A DNA stretch of 62,895 nt, the filler included, from Methanobacteriota archaeon (GTDB taxonomy: Archaea; JACRDV01): the NCBI GenBank assembly GCA_024860865.1. It is 8 parts of 8 records of this genome, joined end to end, with 100 filler letters (N's around TTAATTAATTAA, not from the genome) between each part and the next. Parts side by side here need not be neighbours in the genome. Positions count along the whole stretch, not along the records: positions 26,180 to 31,432 come from JACRDV010000152.1; positions 31,533 to 40,104 come from JACRDV010000025.1; 6 more parts are not named here. One strand, given 5' to 3'. This document shows positions 27,868 to 37,970 of this stretch, piece after piece. The translations under genes were made by a program, and so were the position numbers. The notes under the pieces were generated by a model. That model was not told the DNA's origin. It worked only from the letters and a program-made list of their open reading frames with translations, and ran no database searches. How positions within the stretch are numbered: position 1 is the stretch's first letter; each line of letters begins with the position of its first letter.

Positions 27868-28950
27868 TTAATCAAACATTAACACATTGCCTTCGATTTC
27901 GGGCTGTTTAAGCAACTCATTTGTAGCTCGTAAGGTACCTTCTCGGGTATTGCCGGCTATAATGAAGTATATCTGAGTAGGTGAAGCCGGATCATCGAAA
28001 AAAGTTTCAATCACGGCTTGATCTTGTTTTCTAGTTCCACTTAATGCCCAACCGAACCCATATTCAGAGAAGGGTTTAGGCATTTTAGGCTGGAGTTGTA
28101 AAGTAAAGTTATTAGCCTGTGGCCCACCGACTGTAAAAATTACTCGATATTTCCTGGTGATGTTGGTTGCTAGTGCTTCTTTGTCTGTTATTATGCTCGC
28201 ATTCTTGAATAGTGTTTGAATTTTCCTTGCGCAATCATAGTCAAGCTGAGCCGCTTTTTTACCAACTACTATAACCGCAGCATCCTTATCGAAGTACCTA
28301 TAGTAATAGCTAATCAAAACTTTAGGTTGATAATTTGTGATTATGTTTGTATAACCATTGTAAGTGGTAGAAGTAATCTGAATGTTGTCTTTTGAACCGA
28401 AAAAATTGTTGTTCCTATACACTTCGGCCTCGTAGCTGACATATTCATGATTTCCGTTGTACCACGCCATAGCCGGAACAATAAAGCTAACATTTCCAAA
28501 ACTATCTGAAAAACTTGTAGCAACTAAAGAACCAAATTTATCATATAATTTGACCTTTGCATTTGGAAGAATATTCCCGTTTGCATCGCAAATGCTTATG
28601 TCTAACTTTGCTGGGTAATCTTGAGTTCGAATAGACGCCGAAATATTCTCTGAAATAGTCTTTTCTATGCTCCCAACGCAAAAGCCTTTCACAAAAAGTT
28701 CAAAATAATAAGATTGCCAAGTGGGAAGATTGAAGTAAACTCTGCCAAAGCTATCAGTTATTTCTTTAGTGAGATATTTCCAATTAGAGTCGTACACTAC
28801 AATTAAGGCATTTGTGATCACATTAGAATTTCTATCGTATGCTCTGATCGTTACGGTTGCTGTGGCCGAAACAGCTGCTGTTAAGAAAAATGTTAAAGCG
28901 AGCATAAGAAAAATAAATACAAGGAAAAGTTTTTTCTTGGAAAAACCCAT
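27868..28950 (-). CDS. Secreted surface protein (carboxypeptidase-regulatory-like repeats + S-layer-type C-domain)
   Basis: Signal peptide; two TDSFGRV/SDSFGNV beta repeats; IVVGKKAA, VGGPQAN and IAGNTREGT S-layer C-terminal motifs. Confidence 0.7.
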   Translation of the reverse strand: MGFSKKKLFLVFIFLMLALTFFLTAAVSATATVTIRAYDRNSNVITNALIVVYDSNWKYLTKEITDSFGRVYFNLPTWQSYYFELFVKGFCVGSIEKTISENISASIRTQDYPAKLDISICDANGNILPNAKVKLYDKFGSLVATSFSDSFGNVSFIVPAMAWYNGNHEYVSYEAEVYRNNNFFGSKDNIQITSTTYNGYTNIITNYQPKVLISYYYRYFDKDAAVIVVGKKAAQLDYDCARKIQTLFKNASIITDKEALATNITRKYRVIFTVGGPQANNFTLQLQPKMPKPFSEYGFGWALSGTRKQDQAVIETFFDDPASPTQIYFIIAGNTREGTLRATNELLKQPEIEGNVLMFD

Positions 28951-29057
28951 TTTGAATCCCGATAGATTTTTGCTGCGTTAAACTATCAAGTTTTTTATAC
29001 GGCGTTGTTCAAAGACGAATTTTTAGAAATTACGCTTATCCATCAAAGAACCGAGGC

Positions 29058-29414
29058 TTACATTACAAGCTCTACAGGAAAACCTCTCTGTTTTAACAGC
29101 TCTACTTGTTTAACATCGGTGAATTCAAACATTTTGGTATCTCTGCTATATTGGACTCCCATTTCTTTGAGTTCATTCCAAACATCACCCAGCCTAAATG
29201 GCAACCTTATAGGTGTGTTTAAGGATATCCTAATGATCTGTGCAGGTCTAGGCACTGAGGTTGGAACAGAAGCTGGTTTAAGCGTAAATGCTTCTCCAGT
29301 AGCTAGCAAGTCCATTCTTACCTTAATCTCATCTACTGTAATTGGCTCAGCGAACTCAGAACTATGTGTTTCTCCGTCATCAAAAACAATGGAAAATTTT
29401 TTTACCTTTTTCAT
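29058..29414 (-). CDS. Hypothetical protein
   Basis: GAAGGAG RBS before ATG 29414; 118 aa. Confidence 0.6.
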   Translation of the reverse strand: MKKVKKFSIVFDDGETHSSEFAEPITVDEIKVRMDLLATGEAFTLKPASVPTSVPRPAQIIRISLNTPIRLPFRLGDVWNELKEMGVQYSRDTKMFEFTDVKQVELLKQRGFPVELVM

Positions 29415-29523
29415 TTGATCTCCTTCTTTATTCTTAAAGTCAATACCCCACAATAGTATATATTTTACGAAAGGAGTGCGGCTATTCAATAGCCAAAAGA
29501 AGTTTTTTAGATTATTATTGAGA

Positions 29524-30054
29524 TTATCTAAAAATCCTTTCACAATTTTTCTTAAAAGTGTCTGTTAACTCGCTATCAAATCCAATTAATATGATTTTTC
29601 CAAGATATTTTGGTTTATCTTGGTCAATAAAATCCTTAATTGTCCATATCATAACCCGTGCTGCGTCAGATTTCGGTAGACCACCAACTCCAGTTCCCAT
29701 TCCAGGGAAAGTTATACTCTCAATTTTGTTTTCGTCAGCACATTTCAGCGCAGCTAAAACAGCTTTTTTCACATTTTTAATTGATGTTAGTTGAGCAGGG
29801 CGCTCCATTGTTGGGGCATGTATTATTATTTTTGCAGATAATTTACCAGCTGTTGTTGTGATTGCTTTCCCAATTGGGATTGGAGATTTTGCTATAGCCT
29901 CTTTTTCAATAATTTCTCCACCAATTTTTTTGAGTGCACCCGCAACTCCTCCGCCCATAAACCCAAGAGAATTAGCTGGATTTACAATAGCATCAACTTT
30001 TTCTTGAGTTATGTCTCCTTGTTTAACAATAATTTTGATATTTTTATAGCCCAT
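29524..30054 (-). CDS. Macro-domain (ADP-ribose-binding/hydrolase) protein
   Basis: GDIT, IVNPANS, GGGVAGAL, FPGMGTGVGG. Confidence 0.93.
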   Translation of the reverse strand: MGYKNIKIIVKQGDITQEKVDAIVNPANSLGFMGGGVAGALKKIGGEIIEKEAIAKSPIPIGKAITTTAGKLSAKIIIHAPTMERPAQLTSIKNVKKAVLAALKCADENKIESITFPGMGTGVGGLPKSDAARVMIWTIKDFIDQDKPKYLGKIILIGFDSELTDTFKKNCERIFR

Positions 30055-30336
30055 TTGACTCAAAGGATTGTGGTCCATCCTCATAGAATTATTTTACTCC
30101 AATACTCAAGAAGTATTTAGCTACTATAATATAGAGGATGCCCGATTTCTTTATAAATTATTCCAAGATAAGTTAAAGTTGGATATTTAAAAAATATGCA
30201 AAATTATTAAAGATTGAACAAGCATCGAGGGAATATCTTGGTATTTGAAAATAAAAAAGTAAGTTTAAAGGAATTGTGAATTCATCTGATTTTCACTTCA
30301 GAACTTTTGTTTATTTTGGGGGTATTTAGTATTCCT

Positions 30337-31432
30337 ATGGAATTTCGAGAAGCTGACAGGTTAGAGAAAATATCTGTTTCAGGCATTAGAAAGATGTTCG
30401 AGCTCGTCCAAGCAAAAGATGTAATTAATCTTGGATTAGGGGAGCCAGATTTCACTCCACCAGAGCATGTGCTTGAAGCTGCTAAAAAAGCTTTAGATGA
30501 AGGATTTACGCACTACACCTCAAATTTTGGAATTTTAGAGCTTAGAGAAGCGATTGCGCAAAAGCTAAAGCAAGAAAATAAGCTTGATGTAAAACCAGAC
30601 CAGATTATTGTAACTTGTGGCGGCTCAGAAGCTCTTTTCGTAGCTGTTCAAGCAACTGTTAACCCAAATGAAGAGGTTCTAATTCCAGACCCGGGATTTG
30701 TTTCTTATGGCCCTATCGTAAAAATGGCTGGTGCTATACCAGTATCAGTTCCAGTTTTTGAAAAAAATGATTTTAGGTTAAAGCCTGAGGAAATTGAAAA
30801 GAGAATTACAAAAAGAACTAAAATGATGATAATTAACTCACCAGCAAATCCAACTGGATCAGTACTAACAAAATCTGATTTAAAGGCAATCGCTGAAATT
30901 GCAGAGCGCAAAAATATTTTGATTCTAAGCGATGAGGTTTATGAAAAATTAGTTTATGAAGGAGAGCATTTTAGCATAGGTTCTATTTCAGATAAAGTTA
31001 TTACAGTTAATTCTTTTTCAAAAACTTATGCTATGACTGGATTCAGGATTGGATATTTAGCTGCACATCAAGACCTAATTGAACCTTTACTTAAAGTCCA
31101 CCAATATTTAACAGCCTGCGCAAATTCTATCGCTCAAAAAGCCGCTCTTGCTGCTTTAACTGGACCACAAGATTTTGTAAAAAACATGTTTAAAGAATTT
31201 AAAATGCGCCGTGACTTGATTGTTGGAGGATTAAACGAAATAAATGGCTTTTCTTGTAAGAAACCGAAAGGAGCTTTTTATGCTTTTTCGAATATTTCAA
31301 AGCTTGGAAAACCTTCAAACGAGATTGCAATGTCGTTACTTGAGAAAGTGAAAGTTGTTAGTACAGCCGGTTCTGCCTTTGGAGAAAATGGCGAAGGTTA
31401 TCTAAGATTTACGTATGCTACTAAAAAGGAGC
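30337..31432 (+). CDS. Class I/II PLP aminotransferase (aspartate aminotransferase-like), 3' partial
   Basis: NSPANPTG, SDEVY, SFSKTYAMTGFRIG. Confidence 0.93.
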
Positions 31433-31532
31433 NNNNNNNNNNNNNNNNNNNNNNNNNNNNNNNNNNNNNNNNNNNNTTAATTAATTAANNNNNNNNNNNN
31501 NNNNNNNNNNNNNNNNNNNNNNNNNNNNNNNN

Positions 31533-31683
31533 ACTTAATTATTGAATTATAAAACAAAAACTTTAGCTTGACCTCTTTTAGCATGTTTCTCTTTTTAGAA
31601 GCCATAACATGCTCTCCAGTTAGCCTTTTAACAGAGGATAGATTTCCTTCAGCATCCCACCTGTAGCCATAGTTATACTTCTT
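31533..31683 (-). mobile_element. IS4/IS5-family transposase C-terminal remnant fused in frame
   Basis: YGYRWDAEGNLSSVKR matches Y-x2-R-x3-E-x6-K, followed by KEVKLKFLFYN. Confidence 0.65.
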
Positions 31684-33111
31684 AGCCACTTTTTCTAAAA
31701 GTTCATACCTATAAGATTTCACTAAGGGATTAAATATGGGTATTTGAAATGCTTTTTTAAGTTGATGAAAACCTTTTATAACAACAAATTTATTTCCTTC
31801 TCGTGTAGTTTCTTGGTGTGACTTAATACCAAGATCCTCTAAAAGTTTTTCAATAAGATCAGAATTCGGATAGCTTTCTATTCCAATTTCCTGTTTTGGT
31901 ACAGAAACCCATCCATCTGAATCCACAATTCCTTGAATGAAGGAAGCCTCAAACTTACGTTGCGCTGTAAAAATCCAATCCATTTTCAACGGCGCATAAG
32001 TTGTTGTCTCATAGTTCTTTAATCCTAACAATACATTAAATATGTATGTGTTAAGAGCAGAACTTTGACTTCGCCAGCAATAAAATTTCCTTTCACCAGA
32101 ATCTATATCGGTAACTCTATGCATTCTTAATCCCATTGCATTAACACATAAACTTACAAACTCTCCAAATCTAAGGTTACTCTTATAATTTTTAGACAAT
32201 TTTAATTCTATGTGAATATTCCCAATGTGCCCTTTTTTTGGTTTGTGCTTGCCACAATCTCCAACTAATGCTCCTAGAAAATAGGCAAAAAATTCATACT
32301 TGTTTTGTTTTATGTCAGTAAGGGAAAGCCCAAATTGTTTTCCCTTTTCAAAAATTTCGTTCAAAGGTTTAAGTTGATCTATAACTCCTTTTACATCTTC
32401 CCAGCGTTTTACAATTATTGGGACTTGAATAAATGGTTTTTCAGGTAATTTAGCTCCTCTAACATTTAAATTTAATAATTGGTGGTACTTTTTTGGTTTT
32501 CCTAACTGTGTATAAATTTCAAAGAAATGCCAAACTTTTGGAAGAGACCTACACGTAACGAACGCTTGAGTTGTTCCTTTTGGTAGGTGAAGCTTCCTAT
32601 CTATGTGCTTAAATTTTTCCCCATTCAAATACAGTTTGAGGCCCTTTAAGAATATTTCAAATCGCCTAATATCTTTTGGTCTTATGGGTTTCCAGTAAAA
32701 ATACTCAAGAAATTGTAAGTTCTTCTTTTTAATGTGATTTAAAAGTCTTTGAATAAGCCTATTTGGCATTTTTGGTGCTATTTTCCTCTTTATTATACCG
32801 AGTTTACGGAAATAAGAGGCTACTGTAGTTGGATGCACTTTATACATACTAGCTATAGTTTTGATGTCGGCATTTCTCTTGTACAATTCTTCCCATTCAT
32901 GTAGCACTTTTCTATTTATTTTAACTGCATATGGTTTGTTTCTTCCACAAAGCCATCTTTTAATTGTGCCGAGTGGAATTTTGAGTTGACTTGCTATTTT
33001 ATGATATTTTAGTTCCTCATTACGGAGTTTTATCGCTTCATTGTAAAGTTTCCTTCTTTTTTCATATAACTTAAATTTCTTCTCTATATCCATCTTGCTT
33101 ATCTTTCTCAC
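31533..33111 (-). CDS. HTH + double-motif LAGLIDADG endonuclease-like protein (no stop before the contig end)
   Basis: N-terminal HTHs (IASQLKIPLGTIKRW; IASMYKVHPTTV); YFLGALVGDCG and FIQGIVDSDGW. Confidence 0.8.
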
Positions 33112-33170
33112 TTCTCACGGATGTTAATGCATCCTTTATTTCTTTTGGTGTAGTGTAAAGCCTATAGTCA

Positions 33171-33345
33171 GTTCTGTTGCATTTTCGAGACTCAACTTTC
33201 CTCCCATCTGCTCACAGCCTTTTTTAAGGGACTGCTCAAAGCTTCAACTGAAGAGGCTATTACGGGCGAACCGCACCCGCTCATCTTGATTATTTTTGCC
33301 TTTCCTTTCCTATACCCATTGGTTTAGCTCATAGCACTTCGAGCA
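33171..33345 (-). ncRNA. Stand-alone TnpB omegaRNA-like element (non-autonomous IS200/IS605-group derivative)
   Basis: Homologous to 39716-39883 (21/22-nt terminal match, 17/18-nt internal match, covarying hairpin); TTATATAT box at 33374-33367. Confidence 0.75.
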
Positions 33346-33521
33346 GGTTCAATATTTAACTTTCAAATATATAAGTTGAGAGAGGTGACCGAAAGTATTT
33401 AGGTTAACTCGGAAAATTCAGAACCATGTTACAAATCTTTTGACATCGGGAAAATTATTCAAAAACGATATCTTCAAATATAAGTTTGAGAACCTCATAT
33501 AGGCAATGTGGGGGTGAAAAT

Positions 33522-33599
33522 TTGAGAAGACGTCCGGAAGGAGAGCCGGAAGAAGAATGGGAAGAAGAATGGGAGGAAGAAGAAGAGGAAGAATGGTAA
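33522..33599 (+). CDS. 25-aa acidic Trp-containing micropeptide
   Basis: GGGGGTGA RBS then TTG; MRRRPEGEPEEEWEEEWEEEEEEEW*. Confidence 0.6.
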   Translation: MRRRPEGEPEEEWEEEWEEEEEEEW

Positions 33600-33828
33600 A
33601 TTTAATTTAATTTGCACTTATTTTAAAATTTATAGTTCATTTTTGTTAAAAATTAATTGTTTTTCGTGTTGTAACACAAAGTATAGATAAGTATGCACAC
33701 CGGAGCGTTCCCATGAATCCTGAACCTATAACTTGTACTATGTACCATACTGGAGTAAACCAACACTAACTAGAAGTCAATGTAGGTAAAATTAAAAAAT
33801 AAACAAAAATGATTTGAAAAGTTAAAAA

Positions 33829-34695
33829 TTATTTACGGCGAAATTCTCTTAATTCCTGCAAGTTCTTTAACATTCCAAGATAGGTGCCATCTAAGAGATA
33901 AACTTCAGCTTCTTCTAATAAAAAAACATTAGGCTTTAGCAATGGGCCGAGCGACTCGTCAGGCTTAATTAAATTAAAAGCTAACCCGCTAATTAATTCA
34001 TTAAATGCTGGCATAATCAGTATTTCAAGTTCTCCTATTTTGATCTGATACTCCTCCTCTAAAACTTCAACTGCAGTTTTGTATTTTTTAATTAAATTTT
34101 CTGACTTTTGTCCGCTAAGTTTTTTAAGATAGTGTTGTGCAATTTCTTCTCTATTCAATTTTGTTCTTATCCAAGCAGGCTCAGTGCTTCGATGGCCAAG
34201 TTCATCTCTGAACTGAATTGCAGGGTGGTAATGCCCTGCTATTACTAAATCTGAGTTTAATAATTCCTCAGAGGGCCAGCTGTGACCGTGTAATAGCGCA
34301 ATTATCTTCTCATTTTTAATTAGAGTTCCTTTTAAATCATTGATTTTTACGTTTTCAGGTAGAAGAAATTCAATATCTCCATCATGATTCCCAGGAATAA
34401 TCTCAATTTTTATGCGCTGTGTCAATTCTTCAAATAACGTTGGGATATCTCTGAATTCCTGCCAAGCTATTCCTGGAACATTATGCTTAATATCTCCTAG
34501 CAAAATCAATTTTGAAGCTTTAGTTTTTTCAATTAAATTAAACAACCGCTGCTTATTTTTTTCTGTCTGCGGAGGTATGCTGACTCCGCTCTGGGCTAAC
34601 TCATACTCAATGCCTATATGTAAATCTGCTATAACTAAAATTCTTTCTTGGCCTTCAATTATTAAAGCAGGTTCATCAAAAACAAAAGTGAGCAT
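33829..34695 (-). CDS. Metallophosphoesterase (ICC/SbcD-related)
   Basis: ADLHIG, LGDIKH, GNHD, LHGH, GHYHP. Confidence 0.9.
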   Translation of the reverse strand: MLTFVFDEPALIIEGQERILVIADLHIGIEYELAQSGVSIPPQTEKNKQRLFNLIEKTKASKLILLGDIKHNVPGIAWQEFRDIPTLFEELTQRIKIEIIPGNHDGDIEFLLPENVKINDLKGTLIKNEKIIALLHGHSWPSEELLNSDLVIAGHYHPAIQFRDELGHRSTEPAWIRTKLNREEIAQHYLKKLSGQKSENLIKKYKTAVEVLEEEYQIKIGELEILIMPAFNELISGLAFNLIKPDESLGPLLKPNVFLLEEAEVYLLDGTYLGMLKNLQELREFRRK

Positions 34696-34725
34696 AAATT
34701 TAGTTATTTAAAACCTTTATTAATA

Positions 34726-35814
34726 CTATTCAGGAGGGCTTTTCTTTTCTTCAGGAGTTTTTTCTAGTTCTTCTTTTGGTATCTCCTTTGGCTTTTCTTC
34801 TGATTTCGCTGGCTTATAAAAGTCTTCAGACAACATTAAGATATTGGTTCTGCCTTCGCGATCTTTTCTCAAAACTCCTCTCTTTTCCAAGTCAAACACC
34901 AATCTACTGAGCTTTGCTTTTGAAAAGCCAGTTTTATCCTGGAGCTCCCTTTGAGTCATTTTTCCGCCAGCTACAAGCATTGCTTCGATTGCTTTCCTTT
35001 CATCTTCCTTCAGGACTGTTAGTGTTATGTCTACTCGCTCTTCTGTTGGCACTTTGTAGTAAAACCTGAAAAGTATGTAAATAATTAAACTGCCAGCAAT
35101 GAAACTAATCACCATAAAAATAATGAACTCATATGGCCCTAAGCTAAATTGTGGCTTTGCTCCTGGTCCAAATACAACAGTCGGTGAGATCTCCCAACCT
35201 GCAGGCAAATTGTTATAATCCCAAACTATTAAGAACCTATTGGCTTCTGTTTTAATGTTTGCATCTGGTGGACTCAAAGAGGGTGAAACAGATAACCCGC
35301 CAGTTGGCAAAGTTCGTTTTTCAGGGGTTACAATCCACATATATTCTGGTAGTTTAATTGATAAAGTGAAATTTTTGATTAAGGCTGGAGAAGTGAATGT
35401 AAATTTAAAAAATGTGTTCTCATTGATTCTGCCAATAAAACTAGTTGTTTGAAATCTAATGGTTAAGGTATATTCTTCATTTGTTCCGATTGGCTTTCGA
35501 AATAAGCATGAGATTATGCTGCTGTGTTCCTCTCTTGTGATGTTATAATTAAGCGGGCCTGTTGAATCTGAAACTTTAACATCAAAAACTTTCCCGGATA
35601 CTATGTAATCAACTTTCGTCATTGGAGTTGGACCAATATTCTTAATTGTTAAAACTATTTCCTCAGCAACTTTGTCCACACCAACGTCTGCTGAGATACT
35701 GTACTTAGTGAACTCGTATTGGTACTGACTATCACCAATGTCTTGTGCAAAGGCGATGCTAATTAAAAATAAAACCGAAATGAGACAAATAAAAAATAAT
35801 TTTAAATCTTTCAT
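34726..35814 (-). CDS. Membrane-anchored regulator: extracellular domain + TM + cytoplasmic wHTH
   Basis: Signal peptide, TM, then TQRELQDKTGFSKAKLSRLVFDLEKRG. Confidence 0.8.
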   Translation of the reverse strand: MKDLKLFFICLISVLFLISIAFAQDIGDSQYQYEFTKYSISADVGVDKVAEEIVLTIKNIGPTPMTKVDYIVSGKVFDVKVSDSTGPLNYNITREEHSSIISCLFRKPIGTNEEYTLTIRFQTTSFIGRINENTFFKFTFTSPALIKNFTLSIKLPEYMWIVTPEKRTLPTGGLSVSPSLSPPDANIKTEANRFLIVWDYNNLPAGWEISPTVVFGPGAKPQFSLGPYEFIIFMVISFIAGSLIIYILFRFYYKVPTEERVDITLTVLKEDERKAIEAMLVAGGKMTQRELQDKTGFSKAKLSRLVFDLEKRGVLRKDREGRTNILMLSEDFYKPAKSEEKPKEIPKEELEKTPEEKKSPPE

Positions 35815-35845
35815 AGTTAATTATTAAAAAACTATATTTTTAAAC

Positions 35846-36760
35846 TTAGCTAATCGGTATTCCTTCTTTTTCAGTTAATTCTGAATAAAGCTTCATCAGC
35901 TTTCGTGTAATCTGACCTACCTTGCCGGCACCAATCTTTCGGCCATCTATCTCAACTACTGGAGCTATTTCAGCTGCGGTTCCGGTCAAGAACAACTCAT
36001 CAGCATTGTAAATTTCTGGCAAAGTTAGGTCTCTCTCCTCGACTTGTATGTTTAACTTTTTGGCTAATTCGAATACAACCCGGCGGGTAATTCCCTTGAG
36101 CACTATGGTTTCTGGCGGAGTAGCTAGTTTTCCTTTCTTGACGATAAAAACATTGTCTCCAGTTGCTTCAGAAACAAAGCCTCGAACATCCAACATCAAG
36201 GCTTCTTCAGCACCAAAGTTTATTGCTTCAATTCTAGCGAGGATATTGTTTAGATAATTGCAAGATTTTATATTCGGGCTCAAACAATCTGGTGGAATTC
36301 TCCGCGTAGAGGCAGTTACTATCTTTAATCCTTTCTCATAAGCATCTCCGTAGTATTTTCCCCAGGGCTGAGCAATTATAACAACAGTTGGCTTCGAACA
36401 TTTTCTTGGATCAAGTCCGAGGTCTCCAACCCCTCTGCTGACTATTGGCCTAATATATGCATCCTTAAGATTATTTGCTCGCAAAGTTTTCAAAATTGCT
36501 TGTTTGAATTCTTCTTTTGTTAAAGGAATTTTGAGATCGATTGTCTGGGCTGATTCGTAAAGACGATCGATATGCTCGTTAAGCTTAAAAACTCGTCCGT
36601 TATAGCTTCTGATTCCTTCAAAAACTGCATCACCGTATAGGTATCCGTGGTCGTATACAGAAACTTTAGCTTGATTTGTTGGAACTAGCTCTCCATCAAT
36701 ATAAACTAAAAGTTCTTTCTCTGGCAATTTGTTCCCCAAGTCTTTTAGCTCCAATTGCAA
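35846..36760 (-). CDS. ilvE: Branched-chain amino acid aminotransferase
   Basis: [30 protein letters not shown]. Confidence 0.95.
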   Translation of the reverse strand: MQLELKDLGNKLPEKELLVYIDGELVPTNQAKVSVYDHGYLYGDAVFEGIRSYNGRVFKLNEHIDRLYESAQTIDLKIPLTKEEFKQAILKTLRANNLKDAYIRPIVSRGVGDLGLDPRKCSKPTVVIIAQPWGKYYGDAYEKGLKIVTASTRRIPPDCLSPNIKSCNYLNNILARIEAINFGAEEALMLDVRGFVSEATGDNVFIVKKGKLATPPETIVLKGITRRVVFELAKKLNIQVEERDLTLPEIYNADELFLTGTAAEIAPVVEIDGRKIGAGKVGQITRKLMKLYSELTEKEGIPIS

Positions 36761-36801
36761 TTTTGTCTTTTCTAATTGCTTTGCTTTATAAATTGTTTGT
36801 G

Positions 36802-37422
36802 TTAAATTCGAACAACCTTAACCAAAGATTTCACTGGAACTCCATTAACTTTGTCTATCCCTTTCTTATCAATCAATACTATTACTGCTAATGGGTCAGC
36901 ACCAACTTCGCGCAAAAGCGTAACTGCTTCTCCCAGAGTTGAACCTGTTGTAATTACATCATCAACAATTACAACTTTTTTTCCTTGAACTGCGGCGAAG
37001 TTTGGAGTGATTACACCTTTTACTTTTTCAGCTAGCTCGGGCTCCCAAATAGTTTTTTTAGGCCGAATAACTGCCATAGAAGCTTCAACATAATCAGCAA
37101 TTATAGTTGCAAGAGGTATTCCACTCGTTGCAATTCCAACAATAACCTCGGGCTCAGGCAATTTTTTCTCAGCTAAACTCTCATGGAGCAAATCTGCCAT
37201 TGCGATTGCTAAGTTTCGCATCCGGAGAGGAGAGCTTCCAATTGTGCTCCAGTCTACAAAAATGTCTTTTGGAGCAACCTCTTCTTTCCTTTTCTTCTCA
37301 TGCATTAACAGCCAAACAGCAGTCTCGCGAGAAACGTTTAGCTCATCTGCTATCTCGCCGGTTGTAAATCCCTTCTCTTTTAACTCATGTGCTTTTTTCT
37401 CTAATTCTTCTAGAGTGCGCAT
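36802..37422 (-). CDS. gfcR: HTH + PRTase-like regulator (PyrE-like)
   Basis: [37 protein letters not shown] motif. Confidence 0.85.
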   Translation of the reverse strand: MRTLEELEKKAHELKEKGFTTGEIADELNVSRETAVWLLMHEKKRKEEVAPKDIFVDWSTIGSSPLRMRNLAIAMADLLHESLAEKKLPEPEVIVGIATSGIPLATIIADYVEASMAVIRPKKTIWEPELAEKVKGVITPNFAAVQGKKVVIVDDVITTGSTLGEAVTLLREVGADPLAVIVLIDKKGIDKVNGVPVKSLVKVVRI

Positions 37423-37423
37423 G

Positions 37424-37945
37424 TCATTCCTCCAATGCTCGTTTTTCACCAACCTTCTTTTTTAACTTAGTGCCACAAACCTCGCAGTTTTCAATTTGAG
37501 CCTGCATAGGATAAACTTTATGACAAGCTGGGCAATATTTTATCCAAATAAAAATCTCCTTTATCCCAACTGTAATAATTTTTTGATATTCAATTCCAAG
37601 CTTAGCAGCTAAATTTTGGATTGAATAATCGTCAGTAACAATTTTCGGATTGAAACCCTTTTCCCTTAAATCTAAAGCTAATGCTAAAATCTTTATGTCA
37701 GCAGTTGAAAGAATTCCAATATCGCCCGTTTCTATCGCTAATTTTTCAATTTCTTGGATTGATTGCTTTAATGGCTCAAGTATGGTTAATTTTTTTGTTT
37801 CTATGCTCAGCTCAGCTTTGAGCTTTCTTTCCTCATCTTTAACCTCTTGCAAAACTTCGTAAACTGTGTAAAGAGGTTCTTCAGCTAATTGAACATCAAA
37901 GCCTCCAAAAAGAGCTGATGTATCAAGAACTAAAACTTTGGTCAT
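37424..37945 (-). CDS. nob1: Nob1 PIN/Zn-ribbon endonuclease
   Basis: VLDTSA, LSTADI, TDDYSIQN, CPAC...CEVCG. Confidence 0.9.
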   Translation of the reverse strand: MTKVLVLDTSALFGGFDVQLAEEPLYTVYEVLQEVKDEERKLKAELSIETKKLTILEPLKQSIQEIEKLAIETGDIGILSTADIKILALALDLREKGFNPKIVTDDYSIQNLAAKLGIEYQKIITVGIKEIFIWIKYCPACHKVYPMQAQIENCEVCGTKLKKKVGEKRALEE

Positions 37946-37970
37946 AAAAAATAATAGAAAAGAAGAGAGC

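Noticed and set aside
33331-33359. First 7 nt of the tnpB-linked guide (ATAGCAC) match near the orphan omegaRNA 5' end
   Set aside because: The same 7-mer occurs several other times in the window (e.g. 9832, 19711), so the match is chance-level without a known TAM.
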